DNA of 64,000 nt from Takakia lepidozioides (taxonomy: Eukaryota > Plantae > Bryophyta), in assembly GCA_030704615.1 (NCBI GenBank), contig CM060732.1, positions 42,036,001-42,100,000 on the forward strand. The letters run 5' to 3'. The notes beneath the pieces are model-generated. The model did not search any database. It saw only the letters and a program-made list of their open reading frames with translations, and was not told the origin of the DNA. Shown one piece after another: positions 1-12,635 of this stretch. The position numbers and the translations under genes were made by a program. Every line of letters begins with the position of its first letter. Positions within the stretch are counted from its first letter, which is position 1.

Positions 1-537
1 TTGTCCCTCAACGTCCCCTATTGTTTACTTAGGACATGCTATAGTTGTGATCTACTACTGTGAACTGTCACTGACAATTTCAGAAGAGTATGGACTATAG
101 TATACCAGCTTAGCGGCTGCATATGTTGTGTAGCTGATTCCACGTACTTCTTAGGCTGTAGTCGGCTCGATCCAGCTTCACCAGTTGGAGGTCTCGCCCA
201 ATTCGACCCTCAGAGCCTGTCTCTATAGATACAGTTCAGTTTCCTCACGAGAGATTAGGAGAGGAAGACAGATCATTCTATATTACCACTACGTGGCCCT
301 TCCGGGCCTGCATCCTGTCTCCTTCTCTCTCTACATCTGAAGCTTTGGTTTGTTGTGGAGATCCCTAGGTAGGAGTTTGTGATCGTGGATCTGCATTGCT
401 GTTGATTAAAGAGGCAGAGACTAAGACAGGAATCTTGACTCGTAGCAGTACTAGCTCAGCAGAATCTGCGGTTACCTTACAGAGTTTTCTCTCTCCTTTT
501 GTGCAGGTTTGGCTTTTCTCGTCCTTTTGCTGCAAGT

Positions 538-3500
538 ATGTGGAATCTTAATGAGCTCCCTGCAGAAGCAGACATGGAATACTACCCACAGACACCGATC
601 ACCGAAACGTATTTCCCCATAGTCCCTGAAGGGGCGCCGTCGGACAGTGAGAGCTCCAACGTCCAGTCACCACATGAACGTGCTTCCTTCTGTTCCCCAG
701 ATCAGCCATCTCATGAGGTGTTGCGCGCATTGAGTGTAGGAAGTAACGTCGATTCTGGAAGTACTCTTTCCCAGCAGCCATCTCCTATGACAATCACCCC
801 TGGAATGGAAAACCAACCTGGAGAAGGGGTGGTCGACTATTACGGTGGGGAGACTCTCGGCCAGAATCATGTTGCTTCGGTCTTGGCTGCAAGACAGATA
901 TTCGCACAGCAGGTGCCCCACTCAGTCCGGAGGTTACATGCCTATTTGTATTGATCCCAGGACCACATTTTGTGAGACCTTTAGGATGTCTTTTAATCTG
1001 TAATTTCTTTGCGAGTTCTTTCCAAATATTGAAACCTCTGACAATTGGGACATTGTAAACCTGGATGTCGACAGGATGCGGCTTCTGTGGAACCAGCCAC
1101 GCGTCTGAAGGGAAAAAGACAATCCCGCCATGGGCCCAAGCCGAAGAGCTCCGACTTCCGGGGTGTCACTCACTACCAGCGCACCAATCGCTGGGAGTCC
1201 CACATCTGGTCAGTGATTCCCGCATGTCTCTCAGTCTCTTTCAACTGGATTTAGTCATGATTTTCTATCTGATAATCTTTGTGTACCAAGCCTCTTGAAT
1301 CATGGTTGCCCCACACGTTGCAGTAGGATCCCTGAGCGCTCTCTCACATGCAGCTACAAGTACGTCAGATGCATGTATACTGACAGTGCTCAGGTTCTTT
1401 TGTTCTCTGGAACGAAAAACCGTAGAAGAGGGTATTATATGGCTAAGTTCAAGTGGTCTCTGGTGTGCATGCAAGGAGGGTGGAAGAGTACCAGGTGTAT
1501 TAAACTGTATGCTCTTGCTTGTGTGTGTGCTTTGGCAGGGGCGCAAACAAACAGATCTATCTGGGTTAGTCCTTTAGTTGCCTCGTACATCATAGGATTC
1601 TTGCTTCGTTGCCTCGTATATCATAGGATTATTGTTTCGTTGCCCTCGTATGTAATGTGATTCTTGTCGGTGAATCCTTTCGTTGCCCTCGTATGTGATG
1701 TGATTCTTGTCGGTGAATCCTTTCGTTGTCCTCGTATGTAATGGGATTCTTGTTTCGTTGCCCTCGTATGTAATGTGGTCTGTAATGTGGTCTTGTCGGT
1801 GAATCCTTTCGTTGCCCTCGTATGTGATGTGATTCTTGTCGGTGAATCCTTTCCGTTGCCTCGTATGTAATGGCTTGTCGGAATGCAAGTACGATGTTGG
1901 ATTTCCCAGGGACAAATAGCTTACAACCTAAAAACATTCTGTAATAATCTCTTTCTTGGACATCTGCAAAGTCTTTGACAGTTCCCATAGAAGTAGCGAT
2001 GTGGAAAAATCTTTCAATGATCCAGGGCAGTCTTGTCCCAAAGATCCTATCTTGGAAACCCTGTTACTAGTGCACACATTATTCCATAGTCTAAGCTTCT
2101 GACTTCTTTGAAGATTAGTACGAGTAGCATGTTCTGACGTAACAAGTGCTGGTTAAATGACAGGCGCGTCCAAAACACGGGAGGATGCAGCACGGTACAT
2201 ACATCACTTGAGTCTGTTAATGAGATGATTGGAAAACAATAACAATACAGTTTCAGAAAAAATTTGGCTCACTTTTAAGGAAAATGAGAGACGCTTGTTC
2301 TCACGACAAGCTGAGTTTATTGAATCAATCAAACTGGTGTAGATATCGTTGGCAGGGTTCAAATAGGGGTTGGGTGCTAGCCATTGTAACCAACCCAACC
2401 ATAAAAGGGATCGTTGGGTCAACCGGGTTAGGGCAACATCCTTGCCCCTGTTATTAGGGCAGTTAGAAATACATTCCAACTTCCAAACTCTACGGCCTAC
2501 TTGTTGCCCTAATTAGTTTTTTTTTTTCGTTTTTAGAGAATGCTGGTTCCAATTTTATTACATAATTAGTATCCTGATGTGGCTTGTTTGAAAATGATTG
2601 AGAAGGATATACGACATTGCTGCGCTGCTATTCAGAGGCAGGGAAGCAGCAACCAATTTCCAAAGGGAGGCCTACGCAAAGGACCTTGACAAAGTAAGCT
2701 TAATAACTCTGTACTATGATGTATGTACTAAGTTGGTCTGTAGAAAACAATGTTTACTTAATTAGGGTTGAGACAGACCGTAACACTAACAATTGTACGT
2801 GGGTGATTGCAGTTGAAAGATTTACCTGCAGACCAGGTAATATATTACCTGCGACGCGAAAGCAAGGGGCCTGGTGCTGTGGCCAACTATATGGGCGTGA
2901 AGATGGACTTTAGGACCAAGTTGTACACGGCCCATTACAAGAAGCACTTGAAGAAGAAAGAGTAAGCATTTGTGTCCAGACTGATGTGACCCAGTATGTG
3001 TTCTACGTACACCTTCCCTTCTGTGTGCAGGGGCAGATGTGTTTTGACCTAGGACTTATAGATCCTGAAGAGCTCTTAATTAGCTGAAGTCATTAGACAA
3101 GTAGACTCTGTATAAGTGAACTTTTGGCCTGCAATTGAATACCTGGTCAACTGATTCCCATGTCAGTTGAGGGAAGCCTTCCACTTTGTGTTTCCAGGCC
3201 TTAGAACTTATACATTAGCATGCACACGGTGGTTTTGCTTGGTGAGAGGATATGAGCAAATGATAGACCTTTATCTGACTACAAGGTGAATCAAGTAGAA
3301 TATGGAACAGGGATTTGTCAGGTGAATTTGACGTTATTTTGTCCCTTGCAGTTCAACGAGATTACCAGGCCTGTTCCAGACAGAGGAGGCAGCTGCGGAG
3401 TACTTATCATCACCTTCACCAATGCTGGTCCCATGTTATAATTTCTTTGTTGATCTATTGAAAATTCTCTGGAAAGCGTAGTACTGTTTGCTCTTAATTG

Positions 3501-5019
3501 TTGAATGTCGAAGGCCAATATGCTTTTAGGGCAGGGAGTGAATGCGACTAAAGTGTACTGCTCAGGTAGGCTGCTTTCTTCATCTTCCAACCCGAGCTCA
3601 GGAGTCAAAACACCCTCAACCAATGATTATTTCCCTCAGACTCGGGTCTGCCGTGTACTGATTTCCCCACTGTTGTTTTCCAGGGCAATTGAAGCTGAAG
3701 CGATAAGGCGGGGGAATAAGATCGTGGCAGATTACTACTATCACACACGCATTGTCAGAAGGATACCCTCCTCTTACGATGAACTCGAGGGTATGCTTCA
3801 AAGTTGAATCTCATGGGTCTCCATTTTCTTACCCCTGAGACTTGCACATTTTGATAGCTTGGTGAATATAGAACGTCCTGGATATGAATGAGTCAATGTT
3901 TAAAACTAGGAGACTTTGAGAGGAACATAACCACTCCACAGCTAGTCATTTTACTCAGCTTAGAACACTGACTATATAATCTTATAAATGTGTGTAGGTA
4001 TAACAGACCCAGCCTCAAACACGCCTCAGATGCAGACCAGTACCATCACAAGGAGGAGGAGATCAGGTACAACCGTAGTGGCCATGGAAGTCGATGAAGC
4101 TCCACCCACTCCTGCTCCTGCAACTAGGAGGAGGAGCACACGGTCTACTAGGACCCAGGCTAATTCCATCCCGGGTATATACATCTTTCAGTGATAATCT
4201 CAAGTGGAATGTTTATGCTACATGACACTGCATGATCATATATTGGATGCTTTACTGGAAGTCCCTACAATTGAAAATTTGTTAAGAGCCGATTATAAAT
4301 GTGTGCTTGCTAACCTTGCAGATGTGCATGAGGCTCAGATTCCCCCTGTCCAGACGCATGTACAGTCCGCGGAAGCTGAGCTGCAGCCTAGTGCCTTCAG
4401 GCGATACGCAGCTCCAGCACGACAGACTGGCCATGGCCTTAATCAAGTAACAAGTAGGTCATCCACTATTGCGTGTAGGTTTATATATACTTGTAAGTAA
4501 TGATTTTCTCTTGTGTTATGTACCATACATCGGATGATTCGATCTATATGGAATACAAGAGACGTTGGCTTGGCTTCCAGGTTTGCCTGTCCTAGAGATA
4601 GTTGGAAGCAGGAATGTCACTTGCCAAGAAGTTCCCGCACTTGAAAACTATTTTAACAGCGGATTGTGTGTTTGTCAGATATGGATTCTTCAGCTGAGAC
4701 TAGTCTCCTTTGTGGAGACTACGTGATGGTGTCCCGGCCCACCGCAGTTCCTCCTCCTGCCGATGGAGACTACGTCTTTCTGTCCCGGCGCCCCACAGCA
4801 TTTAGGCGTTACAAGAAAACAGCGTCGCCGCCTGCTCCTCCACCTCCCAACCCTCAAGTGGCACCGCACCCTGCTGGCCGAGCATGGTGGCTCGGTAATT
4901 TTGTGGATGATCAGTGGCAGCTTGACTTTATGCGGTATTTTCGGTTGCATCCCACTGCCCCGGCCTCTAATCCAGCACAGTCTGGTGGTGATCATCGTGT
5001 GACCCAATATGGGCCCTGA
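538..5019 (+). CDS. euAP2-like (APETALA2-family) transcription factor, paralog 1; 11 coding exons, ~535 aa; second AP2 domain degenerate
   Basis: Manual splice model join(538..912,1075..1208,1539..1564,2164..2194,2606..2693,2813..2961,3352..3399,3684..3790,3998..4174,4322..4453,4679..5019) = 1608 nt, all GT-AG, frame-consistent, no internal stop seen. N-terminus MWNLN resembles the euAP2 MWDLN motif. Domain 1 reads [63 protein letters not shown]. Micro-exons of 26, 31 and 88 nt match the euAP2 exon pattern. A 5' UTR intron acceptor is at 505-506. Confidence 0.9.
1577..1881. repeat. Intronic minisatellite, ~8 units of 31-54 bp (core GTTGCCCTCGTATGTAATGTGATTCTTGT, long units add CGGTGAATCCTTTC)
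   Basis: Directly visible tandem units starting 12 nt after the donor at 1565; absent from the equivalent intron of paralog 2. Confidence 0.95.
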
Positions 5020-5899
5020 GCCCAGGTACATTCCATGGATGCGTAGTACCATTTATACTTGCAGTCACTAATCCTCTAAGCCAGTATAGAACAGGTCTTC
5101 CAATAAGTCCATTGTAATAAAGACCTAGGTTGTATTGAGAAGAATGTGGATGAGGGAATAATAAACCTAGGTCATTTCCCCCTCCAGATCCCAAACTGGT
5201 ACAGTCAAACTTCACAACTCGTCTTGTTTTAGACCTGTCACTACTGCGTCTAGTAACTCTCTCATAACTGAACATAAAGTAGCATCCTGGAATATTGCTT
5301 GAGGACTTCCTTTGAAGCCCTCATCCGTTCTGGGGTACTTATGATATATGTTGGCCTCTTAGCAACAATGCTATGGTTTGAGGACATCTGTGAAGCCCTC
5401 ATCCCCTTGGAGCAGGGGTAATGATATATATAATTTTCCTATGAAGAGGAAAAGTCTTGTGCTCTCTTTAGTCCTTATGCCATGACTCTTGGGACTCACT
5501 TCAACGGATGTAAACTGTTTGTTTGGTCTATAAAGTGATATTTCATTTCATTTCTTTCGTCTAAGTGCAAGTTACGATAAAACCCAACTTGAATTTGAAG
5601 TTATGTTTGCACAATTATGTCAGTTTTCTCCTTGTTATGAAGATTAACTGAGGGTCAATTTCATTTTCTTCGTGTGTAATGCAACCTAAGAGCAACGGAT
5701 CAAACGAGAGTCGGAATCCTGCAAGCTCTATCCAAGGTGGCTAGCAACCCAGACTTTACATGGGCATGTGAAGTTCATCTGTCAGTCACAATATCCAAAC
5801 CATTTGTTTTTGGTACTAGACCTTGTCTTTTCCGTGGAATATGGCTCATCCTTGTTATGGAGGTTTCTTTTGCGTGCCACACGTGCTCAATCTTGTTAT

Positions 5900-7130
5900 A
5901 ACAAATGATCAAGTGACAGTTAATATCTGGGAGGGCATTTTGTCTATAATAGAACGTAGGAGCATGGGCACCTTAGTTTCTTCAGTCAGTCTCAGCGTCC
6001 AAACGTGTAAAGATGCGGTAACGGTGAAGCCATATGATCAAGATTTTCATCATGTCCTGAATCCTCATGTAACTCAAGTAATTAGCAGGCTTCCTATGTA
6101 GTTATCGTTCATACAAAGCCTCCTCTGTGCAGTTGTGTCTTGTGAGTGAGAGTAATAAGTGGGAAAGGCAATCAATGTGTAGTATAATTGTGTTTGAGGA
6201 TGTGAGCCCGCCTTACTGTTGGACTCAATGTCATGAATCCAATGCTCGAAAGGATTATATGAATCTTTTTATGTGCACCACTGCTTGCTTATGTGGTTAT
6301 TCGTCTTATGATCTCAAAAGCAGAAAACTCTTTCGTCAGTCGTCTCGTTAGTCTCTCCGTCTTTGTCAATCTAGTTTTAACAACTAGAGTTCTATGGATG
6401 CATTCTGAATGACTGGGATTACCATCTGGGGTAGATGAAACTGGAATGTATTAGTCATTTGCGCCAACATCCATCCCGGTTCCGAACAATAGGGAACTTC
6501 ATGGGAACACCGGGAACATTAGCCTGGGGAGGGCAGAACGGACGAAGTGACTACACTCGATGTGCGCAGGGACAACTCAGTAATCGACATTATAAGGCCT
6601 GTATTACCATAATTACTTTGGGTTCGTCCATTTCTGTAGTCCAATCTCAAGAAATCTGCTATGGTGGAAGTGACAACTAGAAGTTATGAGGCTGGCCACA
6701 CTTATAACTCTGTAAGAACTAAGTAAGAACTACGAGAGGACTGTCCATAGGCCCTTGAGCAGCAGTATGTTTAATTTTCTGCCACACAGACTTCACATCC
6801 TCCCTTCCAGGCTACGCATTGTCTCCGTGTATCATGTACTCTTTGAAACTCGGCATATCCCCGCTTTTGGTCCTTTTAATTTGTTGAACTGCAGTACTAA
6901 GTCTTGTGAGTCAGATGCCAGGAGAAAAGCTTCACTCACTGCTCCAGAATACTCGCCTCAGGTCCTTTTTCATTACTGCAAATCAGATGCCAAGAGAAAA
7001 GCTCCAGTGACCCTGGCATTCAGCGACCGGCTTGCGTAGCTTCGCAGGCAGATTAGATCAGAGGCTCCTCTTCTGTGATGTTAACTTACTGATCATTACT
7101 CAATTTCACTACTGCCAAAAATTGGACCGA
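5900..7130. repeat. 3' flank of AP2 paralog 1, homologous to ~20150-21330 (part of the tandem duplication unit)
   Basis: Collinear anchors: TCTTGTGAGTGAGAGT (~6138/~20368), GCCAACATCCATCC (~6463/~20619), GAAGTGACAAnTAGAAGTnATGAGG (~6667/~20791), GACTTCACATCCTCCCTTCCAG (6789-6810 = 21074-21095). Confidence 0.85.
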
Positions 7131-8104
7131 CGTTGAAGTTATGTCACTCCCCCGGACGGAGATCTGGAGCCCCCACCGCTTCATCCCAATGCCCACATGA
7201 AAGAAAAATGCAGGGAGCGATGGGCTTGGTAGGATTTAGAGCTGTAGTCACACATGAATTGCTGACTGTCATCTCTGTGTGCAGGGTTTTGCATCTAACA
7301 TCGTTGTTTTCCTACCATAATGTTCACAATAATCTGCTAAACTGAAGAGTGGGGGCTCATACTACTATACTGACACTGAACTTTTTCTTTTTTGCCTTCT
7401 CTTTTTTTTCCCAGAAAAGTGGTTAAATAATTGGTTTAAAAGTGGACACAAGGAGAAAACAAGCAAGTGCAAAGGAGCTATGGGAGGCTAACAAAGGGGA
7501 TACCCCATAGCCAAGGGTTCAAGGGAAGAGAGCAAAGACTACAAACTAGAGATGAAGAAACAAAGAAGAATGCGAGAATTAGGGTAGTAGCCCGAGTACC
7601 CAGGTCAATAGCTATTGCACTTATGTTTAGACTGGTCAAAATTAAGATAATTGAGCTGTAGATCATTTCCACTTTCTTAAACTAGGGCGAGGACTGGGAA
7701 CGCCTCCCCCAACCGGTGGCCGGTGGGGACCCCCAATATCGCGGCCCTTTGCCTTAGGCAGGGGTCCATTTGTAAGCGGTGGGGACCCTGAGTGGGCTGG
7801 TGGTGGCTTAAAGGACGTAGGGGACCTCACAAGTGGGCTTAGTGGAAGTAGGTGGAAGTTGTGGAGGAGTCTCGGAACTCACCGTGTGGGCAGAGTCTCA
7901 CTTCGACTCATACAAAGAGTGTAGGGTCAACGTGATGGTGCACCCAAAATGACATGGGCGCCAATAAACTTGTGGCTCCTCATCCATCAACTCCTCATCA
8001 ACGAGAGAAGACTCCGGCTGAAGCCCGTGTAACTAAGAGCCACTTCGCCTCTAGGGTATGCCCTAGTCAGTAGGCTACTGCCCCTTTCGAGGGTGTGCCC
8101 TAAG

Positions 8105-8368
8105 TCTGTGTTTTTCTTAAGAAATTTCGAAAAGAGCACGAGTGGCTACAGAGTTTTGCAGGAAATAGCCATTATTCTGTTCATCCACTATAATTGATCC
8201 ACCTATGTGCCATCATCCATATTTGCCGAATTCATCCATAATTTAAATTTTTATTTGGAGAAATTTGGCGATTTCATCCATGAAAAAACAGTGGATTTGC
8301 GACAGAATGTTCGATTGTATTTTTTGAGGTCGAAATCTGGCGATTTTTCGCCACTAAAAGAATGGCTG
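8105..8368. mobile_element. Degenerate non-autonomous DNA-transposon (MITE-like) remnant
   Basis: 8328-8368 aligns with the reverse complement of 24762-24804 (CAGTGTTTTT...TGGCGA...AAATCGTCAGATTTCGACC); internal TTCATCCA repeats. No TSD found; left boundary approximate. Confidence 0.5.
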
Positions 8369-9115
8369 GCCCTAGTATGTGAGCAAATGTCTATCGGTAC
8401 GATGTTGTTTAGTAAGAAACCCAACAAAGAGGGAAAAACTTGACATTAGTGTCAACATTCTAATATATTCTTGGGCGCACATGACAGACCAATGAGGTTC
8501 TGGGCTTATGGCATATTTTTACTTCAGCGGTGAGGGCGTTCGAAATCGGAAGGCACTCAACACCTAGCTCTTGGAGCTAGAGCAGTACTTCCGGGCGGCC
8601 ATATGATTGAACGGAAGAGATAGTAAGGCGATCGATGAAGCATGGAGATCATTGGAAACAAGGGTATCCGTAGCATCATGCATGGAGAAAAGATCCCAAT
8701 CTTTCCAAATGTGAGTTAAGTACAAAATCCGAGCTCCTTCCCAAAATGCGCAACATTTTGTATATAAATTGTGCCTCAATATCTCATATTTTCCTTGTAA
8801 TTTTTTAACAAAAAATATCTTCATGATGAGTAGAAGTTCACCTAATAAAACACGACTAAACTAAATATAACACTAAAAATTGAGCATGTGGAGAAAGATA
8901 GCATATGACATCAAGCTAAATTATGTTAAATAAACCGAATCTGACAAAAATACAAATGACACTTATAAGCAGCAACTCTATCTCTAAGCATATGATAAGG
9001 AAATGATGAACACCAACTCTAAATGCAAACTAGTCAAAGCAATCTTTCCATAGCCACCTCGCACAAGACAAATGTCTCTAATTAATCCTAAAGGCTAATA
9101 CTAGTAATTAGGGCT

Positions 9116-9183
9116 CGTTGGAAGGCAGTAGCCCTTGTGGTGAAGAGACACCATAAGTTACACTCCCTTCGGGAGGCGTCATA
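9116..9183 (+). mobile_element. 3' domain of the SINE family (5'-truncated copy)
   Basis: TGGAAGGCAGTAGCCCTT..G.TGAAGAGACACCATAAGTTACACTCCCTTCGGGAGGCGTCAT closely matches the reverse complement of 37456-37520. Confidence 0.8.
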
Positions 9184-11393
9184 CTTCAATTAGGGTTCCA
9201 AATTTTGGAGGAGGTTATTTATGAAGGGAAAGCGAGATCAATGAAGCGACCAATGGAAAGGCAAGGAGGAAGGGGGTTGGAATGCGTGATATATGAGGGC
9301 ATGTGTAGCAGCGAGCATAGTAGTAGGATGTGAGAGGGAGTGGGACCACAGAGATAAGGATGGTGTGGGGCGCTAGTTCTAGATTAAAGACAAGGGAGAA
9401 GGCACTTTTGTATAGAGCGGCTGTAGGTGCTGCACGGAACAAGGATTGGGCTCGTGAAGGACTATCACGGTGGGGGCGAGTGGGATTGTGACAATGTTGA
9501 GGCTGGTGAACGACAAAAAGGTTGCGCAGTGGGCCCAACTCGTTCTTTATTTCTTGTGCAGGCCGGCAACTGTTCAAGCTCACTGTTTTGTTATGATGCG
9601 AATGAAGGCTGTCGCCAGGGAGAAGAAGAAAACATAAGAGCAAGAGGTGTGAAAAAGATATTGAAGTGCTCAAGTGTTACCATTGGAGTATGAGTTGCAG
9701 ATATCGATGTGATTAGATGCTTGGCTCGAAGACCGACCAGTTCATCGACCGTGTTTGTATTTCTGCCATCTGGTTTGCGTGCGTTGGAGAGGGGTGACGC
9801 CCTTTTACATTTACATTACTAGCGAAATGGCTCTTAGTTACGCCAGTTTCAGGAGTCTTCTTTCTCTCTCTACTTGACTTGCAAATGGTTTGTACAGTAT
9901 ATGTCTCAACGAACCTGAACATTGATGTTAAGCAAATTGATCAAAAAATAGCTTGGATGGGATGATCCGCAAATTGCGCAGCTGGTTCCTGTGGCGCATT
10001 GTATATAGCTTTAAGGGGCAAGTGTTTCCATACTTTTATCGGTATGGTTGGATAATGTTTAAAATATATCGACAAGCTTGGATTTCAATTTGTGAATTCC
10101 GAACAGACTATATGAATACATCAAAGGTGGTTCTTCATTCATAAAAAATGATCGAAGCACAAATTTAGTATGTTAAAATCTGGTCAATTTTTATCCTACG
10201 GCGTCTTTGGTGGTTCTGTTTAAAAACAGCGGAATGGATTTTACCAGAGCTGAATGTATTTGGAGCATATCTTTCGCAAATGATTGACGTTACTTGGATT
10301 TTCTTTTGAATGTGGGAATCCGTGCTTCACGTCTTTGACAATTGTACTATGCCGATCTTGTAGAGAGAGCTGCCACTCTATCGGATCTCTCCAATTATGC
10401 AGTTTCAACACATAGTAGTGTCTTACTAATCTGATGGCACGTTGCTTATTCGTAGTTCACTAACCGTACTTTTATAAGCATTATCCTTTGTTGTATGGTA
10501 ATTTAGATATCATTTTTACTATTGTTCTGCAGTGTATGTACTATGCTAAAACTCTTTGTAACTTTTTCCAAGTTCTTTTTGTATGCAAGACTATCTCATA
10601 TTTAATGTAAATGCCAATTATAAGCCCCTTCTTTTTGGAAGGTCGAAAAAAAAAGAGGATTAATGGAGTGGCCAATGGGGAGGGAGGGTAGGGGTGTTGG
10701 AATGGGTGGATATGTGAGGCCATGTGTAGAGGCTTGTATAGAAGTAGGATATGTGAGAGGATGGCCCCTCCTTCTACTTCTAGTTTCCAAGGAATTCCAA
10801 AGAAGTAGGATGAGGCTCTCATGGGATGAGGGAGTGGCCCTTTTCTAGAAAGCTCCACCACCGCCTTGAGACAGCATATGAAAGGGGGGGGGGCTTCTTC
10901 TCCCTCCACCTTACTTTGGTGGTCCTTAAGAATGTAGCTTTGGAACCTGAACCATCTAACTAGTACATTTCTCCATCCGTCTCTCCACTGAGCTCTCTTA
11001 TACATATATATATTAATTAGATTATTATTATTATTATTAAAAAACTTAAATTACCCAAATTTAAATTTAAATTTAAGTGACCCAAATCTTAAATGTCCCA
11101 AATTACGTGAGAAGAACTACATATCATTCTTACTATTGCTTTGAAAAGCTTTTAGGTGATTGCTCAGCTTGCCAGTTTCCAATTTGACAAATGCATATTA
11201 TTCTGGGGCAATACATGTAAGCAAGTGGAGTAGCTGGCAGTCATCTATGATGGGTTTCCATCAAGTTATGTACATGTCAGGAAGCTGACATGTGGGATAT
11301 CTAAGCATCTTTTGTACTACCGATGGTGGATCCGATCTGGCTCAACTGAAAGGTCTCCATAGATTTTCTAGCAATATAAAATCTAACCAGCAG

Positions 11394-11460
11394 CTGGTAG
11401 CTCAGCTGGAGAGTGACACAAAGCACTTTGTGTCACTGGTTTGGGGCTCCAATCCTGCCA
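11394..11460 (+). mobile_element. tRNA-like (Pol III A/B-box) sequence, possible head of a second SINE type or a tRNA pseudogene
   Basis: A-box-like TAGCTCAGCTGG and B-box-like GGCTCCAATCCTGCCA, separated by a perfect 12-bp inverted repeat AGTGACACAAAG-CA-CTTTGTGTCACT. Confidence 0.4.
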
Positions 11461-11557
11461 CCTTGTCCAGTGTGGTCTGGTTTCATGGCCTGTGGGTCTG
11501 GGGATGGTTTCTCCTGTATGCTTCATGGCTTACATGAAAGGGGGAGCCCTGCAATAT

Positions 11558-11903
11558 CAGCAAACAGTACCAGTGCCAAGCAAGAGTCTTTGCTTTGTTC
11601 AAATAATTGGATTGCAGTAGCAGGACGTGAGCAGGTGGACGTGAGTGAGGTCCGGTCTTGTTGTATCAGAAGTCCTTCTGTTCGGCAATTGCAATATTAT
11701 TAGCAAACTGTACCGGTGCCAAGCAAGAGTTTTGCTTTGATCGATGCAGTACTCTGCAACAGGTCTGCAACTCCCTTCTTAAGAATCGATCAGAAGACCG
11801 TGTCCTCCAAGTTCCCGCGTAACCTCCCGTTGTCCCTTCTGGACGTGAGCAGTTCGACGTGAGTGAGGTTTTGTCTTGTTGTATCATAGTCCTTTTGTTC
11901 AGC
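11558..11903. repeat. Interleaved local direct repeats (A-B-A'-B')
   Basis: AGCAAACnGTACCnGTGCCAAGCAAGAGT at ~11559 and ~11702; GGACGTGAGCAG..GACGTGAGTGAGGT..GTCTTGTTGTATCA at ~11622 and ~11841. Confidence 0.85.
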
Positions 11904-12493
11904 TTAGACGTGTGTGGTCCTACTGTTGCAATTGACTGCCATATTCGATTTTGCAGATCAGAGTAATGGAGAAGAGGGACGAACAGCCTGACCGACTCGA
12001 CACGACCATCATCACTAGTCCAGAGTCCAGTCTGAGTCCAGTGCAGTTTTCAAACCAGAGAAATTATGAAGTATGGATAGCATTATGATGACATCACGGA
12101 TCGCGCTCTTGTCACTTGAGTGTAGTCAGTGCCCTTGACCGCTTCGTCCCATCTTCAACGAAGACCCAGACCCCCACGGGAACCATGCTAGCTGCACTGG
12201 ACGAGTCGATAATGGATCGAAGAGCTGAACATTCGATACAGTTGTACTGAGGAAACCGTATTGGTGGTGCTGTTGGAAAATGCTGAACATGGCTCTGCTG
12301 GGTTAATAATATACTTAACACGGAGTACATGCCAAACTTATTGTAATAACTCGGGTGTAAGGATAATCTGGGAGATCACCAAGTTCTTACACCTTTGGAA
12401 ACCATTATAAATATGGATGAAATATCCATGTATACTTGTCTTGAAGTAATTTGTTTGCCAATGGAGAGAGTCGCGGTCCAAAAAAGAAGAGGT

Positions 12494-12635
12494 TGACGCT
12501 CCCCAAGGAAGTGAAAATTATGGTGTCTCTTCATCCCAAGCGACTACTGCCTTCCATTGGATTTTGAACCTTAGAAGACCTGAGCTATGAAAAGGCAAGG
12601 CAAAAACTCCCAACCACTGGGCTACCTGCTCTAGT
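12494..12635 (-). mobile_element. tRNA-derived SINE, older diverged copy
   Basis: Minus strand has an A box (TAGCCCAGTGG), a B box (GGTTCAAAATCC), then the same GGAAGGCAGTAG...GACACCATAA...GCGTCA 3' domain as the 37.5 kb copy. Confidence 0.75.

Noticed and set aside
1577-1881. CRISPR-like appearance of the repeat array
   Set aside because: No unique spacers; it is a tandem minisatellite inside a eukaryotic intron.
4380-4401. CTGCAGC.. as a miR172 target site
   Set aside because: Only the first 7 nt match the canonical CTGCAGCATCATCAGGATTCT.
9248-10760. Similar purine-rich segments at ~9248-9337 and ~10670-10760 as an LTR pair
   Set aside because: Short and diverged; no TG..CA ends, PBS, PPT or TSD. 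Probably old repeat fragments.
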